A stretch of DNA of 64,000 nt from Chthoniobacteraceae bacterium (GTDB taxonomy: Bacteria; Verrucomicrobiota; Verrucomicrobiia; Chthoniobacterales; Chthoniobacteraceae): the NCBI GenBank assembly GCA_037190965.1, contig JBBCKI010000030.1, positions 1 to 64,000 on the forward strand. Direction: 5' to 3'. Of this stretch, positions 9,345-19,889 are shown piece after piece. The first letter of the stretch is position 1, and every line of letters begins with the position of its first letter. Made by a program: the position numbers and the translations under genes. Below the pieces are notes generated by a model, which searched no databases, had not been told where the DNA came from, and saw only the letters and a list, made by a program, of their open reading frames with translations.

Positions 9345-10220
9345 ATGACCCCCGCCCATAGCGAAAACGCTCCCGAATTTGAAATCGTCACGCTTAAGAG
9401 CGGGGAACGAAGCATCCGTTCTCTTCGCCATGGCGAGACCATGCACGTCGGCACCGGGCCGCGCAGCGAAGCCCTGGCCCTTCACATCGAACAGCAGCAC
9501 CTCGTCCGGCGAGCGCAGGAGAAAGCCTCCGGTTCCCAGCCCTTCGCGATCTGGGATGTCGGCCTCGGCCCGGCAGGCAATGCGCTGACGGCTCTCGAAT
9601 CACTGCGCGGCGTTAAAGTTCCGGTGGAGATCCACAGCTTCGAAATTTCCACCGCCATCCTGAGCTTCGCCCTGCTGCATGCGCCAGAACTCGGCTACCT
9701 GGCCGGTTGGGAGGAGGCCGTGGGCGAACTGCTGAAGAAAAACACGGCCACTCCCCTCCCCCACGTGCGATGGCACCTGCATTTGGGCGATTTTCTGGAA
9801 TCCGTCAGATCGGCGTTTATCCCGCCGCCTGCCTCCGTGTTTCACGATCCCTACTCCCCCGCGAAAAACCCGGAAATGTGGAGCCTGGAGACCTTCCGCC
9901 TGATGCGCGAGCGCACCGCCGAAGCGGGAGCCCCGCCCTGTCTGCTGACCAATTACACCCGCTCCACCGCGATTCGCGTGACCCTGGCGCTGGCGGGTTG
10001 GTTCGTGGGCACCGGGGTCCCGACAGGCGACAAGACGGAGACCACCATCGCGGCAAGCCGCCTCGATCTTCTCGACCGGCCGCTCGACCGCGACTGGCTC
10101 CGGCGCGTGCGAGGTTCCACCAACGCAGCCCCATTCCGTGACGGCGTTTACGCCCCCGGGCCTATCTCCACCGCCGATCTGGAGACGCTGGAGTCTCTGC
10201 CGCAGTTCAAACAGGATTAA
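9345..10220 (+). CDS. MnmC/MnmD-like SAM-dependent (tRNA) methyltransferase
   Basis: GETMH...GPRSEA, IWDVGLGPAGN SAM motif, VFHDPYSPAKNPEMWS typical of the MnmC methyltransferase domain. Confidence 0.75.
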   Translation: MTPAHSENAPEFEIVTLKSGERSIRSLRHGETMHVGTGPRSEALALHIEQQHLVRRAQEKASGSQPFAIWDVGLGPAGNALTALESLRGVKVPVEIHSFEISTAILSFALLHAPELGYLAGWEEAVGELLKKNTATPLPHVRWHLHLGDFLESVRSAFIPPPASVFHDPYSPAKNPEMWSLETFRLMRERTAEAGAPPCLLTNYTRSTAIRVTLALAGWFVGTGVPTGDKTETTIAASRLDLLDRPLDRDWLRRVRGSTNAAPFRDGVYAPGPISTADLETLESLPQFKQD

Positions 10221-11901
10221 AATGACCCAGAGCCTCCCGAAGCCCGGAGGCCCGCTGCGTCTTGCGCGCGACCCCTTGTTCGAAGAGTTCGGGATCGAAC
10301 CAGACTTCCACCCGCGACCGGGCGCGCGTGAGGCCGGTGTAGATCAGCTCCCTCGTGATGACCGGGGCGTCGCGATCGGGAAGCAGCAGGAGCACGCGCT
10401 CGAACTCCGAGCCCTGGCTTTTGTGAACCGTCATCGCATAGGCAGGCTCGTAATCGGGCAGCCTTGCGGGTGCGATCCGGCGCAGCCCGGTTTCCTTTCC
10501 CTCGCCGGGGAACCAGCCCCAAAGCGGCTTTTCGGAACCGTCGACCGGCTCCGGATCGTTCGGATCAGGAAGCAGAATTCCAATCGTTCCGTTCATCAGA
10601 TTGAGCTGGTAATCGTTCCGGGTGATGAGCACCGGCATCCCGGCGTAGAAGGCGTGCTGAGGACCGTGCCCCCGGATCAACCCGGCCTCCCGCAGCAGCG
10701 TCTCGATCTGCCGGTTGAGCCCCTCCACGCCGTATGGCCCCCGGCGCAGGGCACAGAGGATGCGGAATCGCGAAAAGGCCGCGAGCGCGCGCTCGGGATC
10801 ACGTTCGGCAACGACTTCGCCGTACCCCTCGAGCACCGGTCCACGGAGTCGCGCGGCCAGTGTGTCCGCTGATGCGGGCAGCGGCGCGCCGCCCAGATCG
10901 GGCCACGCCTCCCCGGTGGCTTGCCCAACAATCTTCAACGCTGTGCCCGCGTCCCCTTCCCGGATCGCCTCGCAAAGCCGGAAAATGGCGCTCTCGTTGC
11001 CGAAACGATAGTTCCTGCGCAGCATTACCAGCGCAACGGGAAGTCCCTCCGCCAGATCGGCCAGAACGCTGCCGGGGGCGACGGAAGCCAGTTGATCGCG
11101 GTCGCCAAGCAACACCACGCGAGTCTTATGGGGAAGAGCGGCAAAAAGCTTCGCCATCAGCGGCAGCGCGATCATTGACGCCTCATCGACCAGCAGAACA
11201 TCGACCGCCAGCGGATTGCCGGCATGATGCCGAATCGCCGCCGAACCGGGCCGCGCACCGAGCAGCCCCTCAAGCGTCTTCGCGCGCGGCAACCGCTCCA
11301 GGGCCGCCGAAAGATCCGTCCGCACCAGCTTCGCGAACCCGTCGCGAATCGCTTCCTCCAGCCGGGCCGCCGCCTTGCCTGTCGGCGCGGCAAGAGCAAT
11401 CCGCGTCCCGGGGTCGCTCTCCATCAACCTCTGCAGAATCGTGACCGCCGTGGTCGTCTTCCCGGTGCCCGGCCCGCCGGAGATCACCGCCAGCCGCCCG
11501 GCAAGGGCCGCTTCGACGGCTGCCTCCTGGCCTTCTCCGCACGGAGCAATGGCCCCGGCGCGTTCCTTCAAGGCAGCGGCAAGGCTCTGCTCGTATTCGT
11601 AATAGCGCCGGAGATAGAGACGACCTGCGGAATCGAGGACCAGAGGCGTCGTCGCCTCGTCGCCCCCCACTCCGACAGCCCGCGAAACTGCGAGGGCGCA
11701 CCGCGCCTCATCGAGCGGGGGAACTTCCTCCGTCGGCGAAGCAAGATCGAGACAAAGGTGTCCTTGCCGCACCGCGCGGCTCAGGCTAGCCGCGATTGTC
11801 TCCACGATCTCCCCTCCCCCAAAGCGGCCGATGAACCGGGCAAAGGCGTGGTCGAGGTCGGAAAAGGAATCGAGACTCGTGAAATTGAGAGGGTGATTCA
11901 T
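10207..11901 (-). CDS. recD: Exodeoxyribonuclease V alpha subunit
   Basis: GGPGTGKT P-loop, APTGKAA, VDEASMI, LGDRDQL, YAMTVHKSQGSEF, YTGLTRAR; last gene of recC-recB-recD. Confidence 0.95.
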   Translation of the reverse strand: MNHPLNFTSLDSFSDLDHAFARFIGRFGGGEIVETIAASLSRAVRQGHLCLDLASPTEEVPPLDEARCALAVSRAVGVGGDEATTPLVLDSAGRLYLRRYYEYEQSLAAALKERAGAIAPCGEGQEAAVEAALAGRLAVISGGPGTGKTTTAVTILQRLMESDPGTRIALAAPTGKAAARLEEAIRDGFAKLVRTDLSAALERLPRAKTLEGLLGARPGSAAIRHHAGNPLAVDVLLVDEASMIALPLMAKLFAALPHKTRVVLLGDRDQLASVAPGSVLADLAEGLPVALVMLRRNYRFGNESAIFRLCEAIREGDAGTALKIVGQATGEAWPDLGGAPLPASADTLAARLRGPVLEGYGEVVAERDPERALAAFSRFRILCALRRGPYGVEGLNRQIETLLREAGLIRGHGPQHAFYAGMPVLITRNDYQLNLMNGTIGILLPDPNDPEPVDGSEKPLWGWFPGEGKETGLRRIAPARLPDYEPAYAMTVHKSQGSEFERVLLLLPDRDAPVITRELIYTGLTRARSRVEVWFDPELFEQGVARKTQRASGLREALGHFNPV

Positions 11902-14900
11902 TTGCCTCCCTCCGCCAGTTTCCGAAGCCCCGCCATCAACTCCGACGTGGGACGAATGCGGTAAACGCCGCGTGAGGCATTCCCCCGCTCCACTCCGCGC
12001 AGAAAGAGGTAAAAGACCCCGCCGAAGTTCCGTTCATAGTCATAACCCGGCAACCGAGATGCCAGATAGCGATCCGCCGCGAGCACATAGAGGTGCGCCT
12101 GCAATGCATAGTGATGCGAACGCATCGCGGCCTCCACCCCCGCCGCGTCGTAATCCTCGGGCGCATTGCCCAGCCAGTTCGACTTCCAGTCGAGCAGATA
12201 ATAGCGATCGCCATGCCGGAAGAAGAGATCGATAGCCCCCCGCAGAAATCCGTTCACCGGGGAAAAACGAAGCCGCCCGAGTTCCGCCGCATCGAGCGTG
12301 GGAACGCCGTGCGCGACAAAAAGCTCACTGAGATCGCCGGGCCGAAGCGACGGGAGACGACATGAAAAATCGACCTCGGAAAGGCGATCCTCCCGGCCAA
12401 CCTGCCGCAACGTCAAGCCCGCCTCCAGCTCCACCTCCAACACCTCGCGCAGCTTTTCTTCCACGGCGTCCTGAAACGGCGTCCCGGCAAAGCCATGCAG
12501 CGCCAGCTTCTCGGGGAGCAAGGTTGCAAGCTCGTCCGGATTCCGGAAGTCGAGATGCTCCAACACGTCATGGAAGAAATCGCCCGCGCGTGCCCCTTTT
12601 TCGAAAAAATGAATCCCGTGAACCGGGCCCTCCTTCCGAACCGGCGCAACCTCGATGCTCTCCACCGCTTCCGTCTCCAAAGGCTGATCGCGCTCCGGTT
12701 CCTCGCGGCCCGTTCCCGCCGTGAGCCCGGTGAAACTAGTAATGAACGCCGTTCGCGCCAAGTTCCCCCGGAAATGCCGCGCCACCGCCTCCGTGTCATC
12801 GGGTAGCGCCTCAGGTGCGGCCACTTCATCACCGGGCAGCGCGGCAATCGCCCGAACCGCCACCGCTTCAGGGGCGGCATTGACTAGCGATCTCAGGCCC
12901 GCCTTCAAGTCATTGTCGGGAAACAAACGCGCCAGCGGCGATTTGGCCAGGTCCCTGTAATCGGCAAAATAGATCACGCATCGATGCTTGGCGCGGGTCA
13001 GCGCGACATAGAGAAGGCGCACCTCCTCGGCGAGGGTTTCTTCGGCGGCCCGGGCTTTGTGCTCCGGCGGCCCGTCGTTCTTCCCGCGCATATCGAGGGT
13101 GATATTCCCCTCGTGGTCGTGAAAGCAAAGCGTCTGCCGTTTTGGAGAATCGGCCACCTCCCATAGGAACGGACAAAAAACCACCGGGTATTCAAGCCCC
13201 TTGCTTTTGTGGATCGTCACGATGGAAACCGCCTCCGCGTCGCTTTCCAGCCGGAGTTGCGCGGCCTCCGCGGTGGCACGCCCGGCAGTGCGTTGCTCCC
13301 ACAACCAGCCGCAAAGCGCCTCCGGCCCGAGCTTGCGCGTGGTCTCCTCACTATGCAGCAACTCGGCTAGGTGCAGAATGTTGGTAAGCCGCCGTTCGCC
13401 CCCGGGCAACTCCACGAGCCGCCGTCGCACGCCCTGCTCCGTTAATACGCGCCGGAACATGGCGACAAACCCGCTCTGGTCCCACAACGCCCGCCAATCG
13501 ATGAAACGCTCCAGCCAATCCTCATCTCCATCCAAAGCGGCCAGCGCCGTGGCATCGCATCCGAACAAGGGAGTCGCCAGCGCCGCTTTTATCCGGCCGC
13601 CCCCGCGCGGTTCGGCAACGGCTTGCAACAGGCATTGCATCACCTCCGCCTCGGGCGTGTGAAAAACGCTCTCCTCGGTATGAAGCACCGCGGGAAGCGC
13701 GCGTTCGCGGAGCGCGTCCTGAACGGCTCTGGCCTGCCGCCCCGTGCGAACCAATACGGCGACGCCCCCAAGGCGAAAATCGGGCGTTTCGGCCCGGAGC
13801 CGTTCGATGTCTGCGGCAACCGCTCGCACGATCCCCTGCTGCGCCCGGTCTTTATTGATCGTCTTTTCCCCTTCCCCGACGGCCAGATGACGAAACTCCA
13901 GCGGCGGCAGGCCCACGCCCAGTTGCGCTTTCTCCGGGGAGGCTTCCACCGCCACGTAGTTAATATCCGCAATGACGAAGGGATCGCGTACCTGCGCGAA
14001 GAGGGCGTTGAATCCGTCGAGCAACGGCGAATCGGAACGCCAGTTGACCTCAAGGCTGTAGTGGCGCGAAGCGGAAGCCGCCGCCTTCAGATACGCAAAA
14101 ACATCCGCGCCCCGGAAGCCGTAGATCGCCTGCTTGGGATCGCCGATCAAAAACAACCAGTGCCGTCCGTCGGCAAAAATCCGCTCGAAAATAGCCGCCT
14201 GCAGTGGGTCCGTGTCCTGAAACTCGTCGATCAATGCCACCTCGTACTTTGCGCCCAGCGATCCCGCCAACGCCGTCCCGCCCGCGCCTTGCAACGCGTG
14301 ATGCAGCCGGGTGAGAAGATCGTCAAAGGTGAGCAGGTTGCGCTGCTTCTTGCGGCGCGCCAATTCCTCCCCGGCATAGGCGAGAAACTCGTGGTTCAAT
14401 TGGAAGAAGAACCGCTCCACCGCCTGGCAGAAGGTTTCGCACTCCGCGAAAAAACGATGCTCCGGCACCTGCTTATTGGCCTTCGTGCAGTTCTCGATGG
14501 AAACCGAGCGAAAGGCCGCCAGTGCGTTCAGATCGCCGGGGGCGATCTCTTCCTCACAGTCAGCGGAGGCAAGCGCAGCGACAGCCGCAAGCAGCCCCTC
14601 CAGCCTTGCCTTGCCGAAGCCCTTCTTCGCATCCCGCGAAAGCGCCTTGTCCTCGCGAAGAATCGTTTCAATCTCGCACCGCCCCGCGCGCCATAGCTCG
14701 ATCGCGTGGGCGTAAGCAGCGGTAGCCCGATCCACCAGGTTCTGCGCCGATTCCGCATCGGCCCCGGGAAGGACGACCAGATTGGGGTGATTGCGGGTGC
14801 GCTGCAAGAGTTCCACCCACGGGTCCGGCGTGGCGCAATCCGAATACTCGCCCGCGAGCGCGAGAGCCGCGAGGAGCGGCGGCGCTTGATAGAAGGTCCG

Positions 14901-15374
14901 CCGCCAGAAATCGCCCGCCACCTCTTCAAAAAGCGGTGTGGAATCGGCGAGCGTCGCCGCGTAACGACTGCCGCTTTCGAAAGCGTGATCCTGAAGCGCG
15001 CGCTGGCAGAAACCGTGAATTGTGAAAATCGGCGCTTCGTCGAACGACTGCACGGCGAGATCCAGCTCCCGCAAGGCACGGGGCACATCGCCACCGTTGC
15101 GGAGAAACTCCGCCACCACGGGATCGCTCTCCCCCTCGCCGGCGCGAAGACTAGTGAGCGCGGCGCGGATCCGCTTGCGGACGCGATCCCGCAATTCCTG
15201 GGTGGCCGCCACGGTGTAGGTGACCGCAAGGATCTTTTGCACCGGGAGATGCTTCTCCAGCACAAACCTCAGAAAGAGCGCGGCGATGGAATAAGTCTTG
15301 CCAGTGCCCGCGCTGGCTTCAATCAACGTCGTGCCGTGTTCCAGAGGAACGGTGGTGGAATCGAAGGGCATCAT
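11898..15374 (-). CDS. recB: Exodeoxyribonuclease V beta subunit
   Basis: IEASAGTGKT, DEFQDTD, GDPKQAIYGFRGAD, TIHKSKGLE, YVALTRAK; C-terminal nuclease GAIDL...LLDWKSN. Confidence 0.95.
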   Translation of the reverse strand: MMPFDSTTVPLEHGTTLIEASAGTGKTYSIAALFLRFVLEKHLPVQKILAVTYTVAATQELRDRVRKRIRAALTSLRAGEGESDPVVAEFLRNGGDVPRALRELDLAVQSFDEAPIFTIHGFCQRALQDHAFESGSRYAATLADSTPLFEEVAGDFWRRTFYQAPPLLAALALAGEYSDCATPDPWVELLQRTRNHPNLVVLPGADAESAQNLVDRATAAYAHAIELWRAGRCEIETILREDKALSRDAKKGFGKARLEGLLAAVAALASADCEEEIAPGDLNALAAFRSVSIENCTKANKQVPEHRFFAECETFCQAVERFFFQLNHEFLAYAGEELARRKKQRNLLTFDDLLTRLHHALQGAGGTALAGSLGAKYEVALIDEFQDTDPLQAAIFERIFADGRHWLFLIGDPKQAIYGFRGADVFAYLKAAASASRHYSLEVNWRSDSPLLDGFNALFAQVRDPFVIADINYVAVEASPEKAQLGVGLPPLEFRHLAVGEGEKTINKDRAQQGIVRAVAADIERLRAETPDFRLGGVAVLVRTGRQARAVQDALRERALPAVLHTEESVFHTPEAEVMQCLLQAVAEPRGGGRIKAALATPLFGCDATALAALDGDEDWLERFIDWRALWDQSGFVAMFRRVLTEQGVRRRLVELPGGERRLTNILHLAELLHSEETTRKLGPEALCGWLWEQRTAGRATAEAAQLRLESDAEAVSIVTIHKSKGLEYPVVFCPFLWEVADSPKRQTLCFHDHEGNITLDMRGKNDGPPEHKARAAEETLAEEVRLLYVALTRAKHRCVIYFADYRDLAKSPLARLFPDNDLKAGLRSLVNAAPEAVAVRAIAALPGDEVAAPEALPDDTEAVARHFRGNLARTAFITSFTGLTAGTGREEPERDQPLETEAVESIEVAPVRKEGPVHGIHFFEKGARAGDFFHDVLEHLDFRNPDELATLLPEKLALHGFAGTPFQDAVEEKLREVLEVELEAGLTLRQVGREDRLSEVDFSCRLPSLRPGDLSELFVAHGVPTLDAAELGRLRFSPVNGFLRGAIDLFFRHGDRYYLLDWKSNWLGNAPEDYDAAGVEAAMRSHHYALQAHLYVLAADRYLASRLPGYDYERNFGGVFYLFLRGVERGNASRGVYRIRPTSELMAGLRKLAEGGK

Positions 15375-18300
15375 GGGGCGGCCTCCATCGTCATCTGCGC
15401 GGTGAGCATCGGGCCAAAGATCGTCCGGGCCAACGCTTCGAATTCCGGGCCGAGCGAGTCGGTCCCGTCATTCGGGAAACAGACCCGGTTAACCGCGCCG
15501 CCATGCTCCCCGTCGCGCTGATAGCCTCCCTCCCAAACCGTCCTTGCATCAAGGGTGGCGCGGCCTGCGGTTTCAGGATCGTGGGCCGCCTTCGCGAAAG
15601 CATAGGCCGCCTCGGGGAAAAATGGCAGCGGCCGCCTTAACCCCTCCCAATAAAGGTTCAGCAAGGTTTCCAGCAATGCCGCAGGCGGAGACTCCGGCGC
15701 TCCATAGGCAACCGCCTCGTCGCTGCCGATCAGGCAGGTCGGCGGGACGGGTTCACTAGTCAATGCGGCATGAACCAAATGCCGCACCCAGGCGCGAAGA
15801 CGATCCTTCGGTTTAAGGGTCGCCAGGCGAAACGCGACGAGCCGCCCTCCGTAGATCGAATCCAAACGACCATTGAGCGTGAACTCCCCCACCTTGAGCG
15901 ACACCGCCAGCGGCTCTCCCGGCGTGCCGAGGAGCGGGCTCACCCGGCGGTGAAAGGCGTCCGCCTCCTTCGCAAAAGCCCGCGAATGCTGCTCACCAAG
16001 GCTCCCCGGAGGCACGAGAGCGCGCGCGGCAAAAGAACGCGCATCCGGTGCGGGCGCGGCTTTCAATGCGGCTTCGAAAAGCTCCCGGCGAATCCCGTAA
16101 GCGGCAAAATGGCCGATGGCAGCCGGTTCGCTCTCTTCAAGCGCACTGCCGTCCTCCTGCAACCGCACCCCGAGCCGATGCTTCAAAAAGAAAGCGGCGG
16201 GATGGCCGATGAATTCAAGCAGACGGTCGAGCGCCACGTTTCTCTCCTCCGGCTCGGCTTCCGCCAATGGCGACGGCGCGAAGGGAGGCTCCCATCGCGA
16301 AGAAACCCGCCGCGAGGCCGCCGCGTTAGCCTGCGAGAAGCTGAAGAGCCGGGTGTCAGCTTCAAAATAGCGCGGGCTGAAGGCCTGAAGCGGATGCGCA
16401 AAAACAAGGGCAGTCCGAATCTCGATCGAGGGGGCGGCCTGCTCGAGGTAATCGAGCAATTCACTCACCACGATGGAGGGTGGAATCACCGTGTTGTTTC
16501 TCTCCGAACGCCCGACATGGCTTATGAAAAGGCGCTCCCGCGCGGAAACCAACGCTTCGAGAAAAAGGTAGCGATCATCCTCGCGCACGGAACGGTCTCC
16601 CAGTTTCCAATGCCTCGCCATGAGGTCGAACTGCAACGGCTGCGGCTTGCGGGGGAAAGCACCGTCGTCCATGCCGAGCAACCAGATCGCCTTGGCCGGG
16701 ATGCTCCGCATCGGTTTGAGCGCGCAGAAGGTGACACCACCCGTGAGGAACCGCCCCCGGTGCTCGTCCGCGCCAAGCGCCCCGGCGAGATGCTCCCGCA
16801 GCACTTCAAAAGTTACGGGTTCCGCTGCTAGCGCGGTCTCGGCCAATTGAGAGAAGCACCGCCGCAAACGTTGCAACGCGCCCGCTTCCTCCGCGCGGTC
16901 ATCCGCGATGAAGAACCGTTGGAGCAACGCCTCAAGCCACACGGCCCAGTCGGGCAGCGGCCTCGCGGTTTCCAACTCATCGAGCGTCTGAGCAATCGCC
17001 TCCACCGCCGCGCAAAATCTCCCCAGCAGTTCCGCGCCGCTCCCCTCCACGTCATCGAGCGGGAGGATTCCCTCAAATAATGTATGATTGCCGCCCGCCA
17101 TGGCGTACCCCAACAGCAGCCGGTCGAGGCCATGCCGCCAGGTCGTCTCCGCCATCGCGGGGAGGCCGAGTGACTCGCGGTGTGGCGCATCGATTCCCCA
17201 GCGGATCCCGCTGGCGTCGATCCACTCCCGAATCTGATCGAGATCGCTCTCCGAAAACTCGAACTTGCGGCGAAACGGCTCGCTCTCCAACAGCGAGAAA
17301 AGCTGCGGAGCAGTGCAGCGTGTCCCCGGGAGTTCGAGAATGCGAAGGAACACATCGACAATATGGCTCTCCGCCCGGGGATGGCGATCCGCGACGCTGT
17401 AAGGAATCCGCAACGCGGGATCTTCCGGGCACCCGAAGACGGCATGGATGAACGGCGCGTACTTCTCGATGTCGGGGGCCATCACGAGGATCTCGCGGGG
17501 AGCGAGCTTCGGATCGGCCTCCAGCAAGGCAAGAAGCTGGTCGTAAAGCACCTCCACCTCGCGCATCGGCGAGTGGCAGACATGGATCTGGATGGAGGAA
17601 TCCGCCTCAACCGGCAGCGGCTCCTGCTCGGATGAGGCCGCCGGATCGCGGGCCAGCAGGATGTCGCGTTGCAGACGCGCCAGAAGCGTATTGCCGACGG
17701 GCGGCGCGAAGTCCTCCGGTTCATCCACGATGCGGTGGCCCGCCCGTTCGTCGGCTTCCAGCAGCAGCTCCGTGAAATGCGCGTTCAGCCTGCCGAGCGA
17801 CGCCAGCAGGGGGTTCCCGGTGGCCGCCTCCGGGCCGAGGCCCCGGCGGGCGCGCTGCTTGGGGGTGAGATCATCCCCATGATACTCGCTGGAGGGCGCG
17901 AGCAAAAAAAGATGCACCGGGCGCGAAGCCGCAAGGTGAAAGAAGACCTCCATCTGCGCCGGGGGAAGCGAGGAGATGCCGAAAATCGAAATACGCCGCC
18001 CGGGGGGGATCGTCATCCCGGGGAGCCGGTCCAGCGCGGCGGCAAAATGCACGACCCTTTCGGTATTGACCTCCCGCCAAAGCACCGCCTGCCATGCGGC
18101 GTCGCCCTCGGCGGAGCCCCGGCCGCATTCCCAGTCGAGAATCATCGCGGGGCGATAAACGAGGTATTGATCGAAGAGATTCGCGAGACGCGAGGCGAGT
18201 TGGTAACGCTTGACCGCATCGCCATCCCCAAGGAACCGGCGTACGGGGCCGAACTCGGGCAGCCTCACCAACCCGGGGAGCAGCCCATAGATTTTCCACG

Positions 18301-18589
18301 TCATCCGCTCCACGGAAAGCAACTCACGCGGGACCATATCGGGCACCAGCGCGCGAAGCGTCTCATCCAGCCAAGCCTGCGGAAACGGGAACTGACAGTT
18401 CATGCAGATCCCGAGCCGCTCCGCAAGCTGGAGCGACACCCAGCGGCTCATGCCGAGGCTTTGCACCAACACGATCTCCGGGGCGAAGACGGAGCCCGCG
18501 GAACCTTCCTCGGGCCGGGCGAGCACCGCCGACAACTCTCCCGCGAGAGCTTCAAGCCGGTTGCCGGTGTGGAGGAAGAGTCCGTTCAT
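15371..18589 (-). CDS. recC: Exodeoxyribonuclease V gamma subunit
   Basis: GNRLEAL, EIVLVQSLGM, LFDQYLVYRP, CHSPMREVEVL, GIRWG, DDRYLFLEAL, HPLQAFS; start at ATG 18589. Confidence 0.95.
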   Translation of the reverse strand: MNGLFLHTGNRLEALAGELSAVLARPEEGSAGSVFAPEIVLVQSLGMSRWVSLQLAERLGICMNCQFPFPQAWLDETLRALVPDMVPRELLSVERMTWKIYGLLPGLVRLPEFGPVRRFLGDGDAVKRYQLASRLANLFDQYLVYRPAMILDWECGRGSAEGDAAWQAVLWREVNTERVVHFAAALDRLPGMTIPPGRRISIFGISSLPPAQMEVFFHLAASRPVHLFLLAPSSEYHGDDLTPKQRARRGLGPEAATGNPLLASLGRLNAHFTELLLEADERAGHRIVDEPEDFAPPVGNTLLARLQRDILLARDPAASSEQEPLPVEADSSIQIHVCHSPMREVEVLYDQLLALLEADPKLAPREILVMAPDIEKYAPFIHAVFGCPEDPALRIPYSVADRHPRAESHIVDVFLRILELPGTRCTAPQLFSLLESEPFRRKFEFSESDLDQIREWIDASGIRWGIDAPHRESLGLPAMAETTWRHGLDRLLLGYAMAGGNHTLFEGILPLDDVEGSGAELLGRFCAAVEAIAQTLDELETARPLPDWAVWLEALLQRFFIADDRAEEAGALQRLRRCFSQLAETALAAEPVTFEVLREHLAGALGADEHRGRFLTGGVTFCALKPMRSIPAKAIWLLGMDDGAFPRKPQPLQFDLMARHWKLGDRSVREDDRYLFLEALVSARERLFISHVGRSERNNTVIPPSIVVSELLDYLEQAAPSIEIRTALVFAHPLQAFSPRYFEADTRLFSFSQANAAASRRVSSRWEPPFAPSPLAEAEPEERNVALDRLLEFIGHPAAFFLKHRLGVRLQEDGSALEESEPAAIGHFAAYGIRRELFEAALKAAPAPDARSFAARALVPPGSLGEQHSRAFAKEADAFHRRVSPLLGTPGEPLAVSLKVGEFTLNGRLDSIYGGRLVAFRLATLKPKDRLRAWVRHLVHAALTSEPVPPTCLIGSDEAVAYGAPESPPAALLETLLNLYWEGLRRPLPFFPEAAYAFAKAAHDPETAGRATLDARTVWEGGYQRDGEHGGAVNRVCFPNDGTDSLGPEFEALARTIFGPMLTAQMTMEAAP

Positions 18590-18614
18590 GGCGTCGCCCT
18601 TCCTGTTATCGGAG

Positions 18615-19484
18615 CTACTCCACGAATTCAAGCTCGACCGGCGCGGGGATCAACCCTTGCTCGGCGGCGCGCCGCAGGAAGAGTCGGATGGCCTCGCGGC
18701 CCTTCTCGCCGTAATCGAGTGTATAGTCATTGACGTACATCCCGATAAACTCGTCAGCAAGGGTCGTGTCCATGTCGCGGGCGAGCGGCATGGCGTGGGC
18801 AACTCCGGCAGCGCGGTGCTCCAGGCCGTAACGGACGCTCTCATACAGAATGTGGGAGAGCTTCTTGCGGACCTCGGGCGCAATGTCCTTGCGGATCACG
18901 TTGCCGCCGAGCGGAAGCGGCAGGCCCGTCGATTCCTTCCACCACTCGCCGAAATCGCGAATCTTGAGGAACCCGTCGCGCGCGTAGGTAAGCTGCCCTT
19001 CGTGAATGATCAGGCCGACCGGGCTTTCGCCCCGGCGCACGTGGTCGAAAATCTCGTCGAAAGGCACCACGACGATCTCGCACTCCCCAAGGTAGAGCCG
19101 AAGCGCGAGATAGGCGCTGGTCATCGTCCCCGGGACGGCGATCCGCTTGCCGCGCAGCCACGCCTTGATCTCGTCGTCGGAGGCGTTTTCGGCCAGCCCC
19201 TCGCGGGAGGTGGCGATCAGCATCGGGCCGTATCCGTCGCCCATGCTCGCGCCGCATGGCAGGAGCGCGTATTTATCGAGAACGTAGGAGTAAGCGTGGA
19301 TGGAGATCGCCGAAATATGGAGTTCGCCCCGGGTGGCCCGCTCGTTGAGCGTCTGGATATCCTGAAGGATGTGCTGGAACTGGAAACCGCAGAGATCGAT
19401 CTTCTCCTCCGCCATCGCGTAAAACATGAAGGCATCGTCGGGATCGGGGGAATGGCCAAGGGTGAAAGTCTCCGGTGTGGACAT
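18615..19484 (-). CDS. mqnD: 1,4-dihydroxy-6-naphthoate synthase (futalosine menaquinone pathway)
   Basis: LGHSPDPDDAFMF, DIQTLN, GDGYGP, GLIIHEGQLTY, GLPLPLGGN, FIGMYVN. Confidence 0.9.
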   Translation of the reverse strand: MSTPETFTLGHSPDPDDAFMFYAMAEEKIDLCGFQFQHILQDIQTLNERATRGELHISAISIHAYSYVLDKYALLPCGASMGDGYGPMLIATSREGLAENASDDEIKAWLRGKRIAVPGTMTSAYLALRLYLGECEIVVVPFDEIFDHVRRGESPVGLIIHEGQLTYARDGFLKIRDFGEWWKESTGLPLPLGGNVIRKDIAPEVRKKLSHILYESVRYGLEHRAAGVAHAMPLARDMDTTLADEFIGMYVNDYTLDYGEKGREAIRLFLRRAAEQGLIPAPVELEFVE

Positions 19485-19553
19485 AAGTCCGCAAAGGTCT
19501 AGTCCAACCCCGGAGGGATGACAATCCGAATGGCACCGGTTTTACGCCGCTCT

Positions 19554-19784
19554 CTAGGCCCGGCCTCGTTTGGCGACGGCAAAGACCATTGTTCCGGCTC
19601 CGCCGACGATGAAAATCCAGCAAACGGCGGGTGGCACCGGGACGGAATGCTCTGTCTCCGCCGTAGCCTGGAGAGGCCCGATACGAAGCACCTCTTCGCG
19701 TTTGGTGTAGTCGAAGGAAGGATAGGCGAGGCCAATGATTCCAAGAGCGACAAGAATCATTCCCACAAAAGCCAGGGGTTTCAT
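19554..19784 (-). CDS. Small two-TM membrane protein
   Basis: 76 aa: TM, YTKREEVLRIGPLQAT, VPVPP, TM; resembles common small stress-related membrane proteins. Confidence 0.7.
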   Translation of the reverse strand: MKPLAFVGMILVALGIIGLAYPSFDYTKREEVLRIGPLQATAETEHSVPVPPAVCWIFIVGGAGTMVFAVAKRGRA

Positions 19785-19889
19785 AAAGACTCGATAACCC
19801 GCTTTTGAACCGCTTGCAAGGAACGGTAATCTGCGCGCTTTCGCCCGCCGCCGCTTCCGGGCGCGAGCGCGTTTCCCATAGTGGGGGGC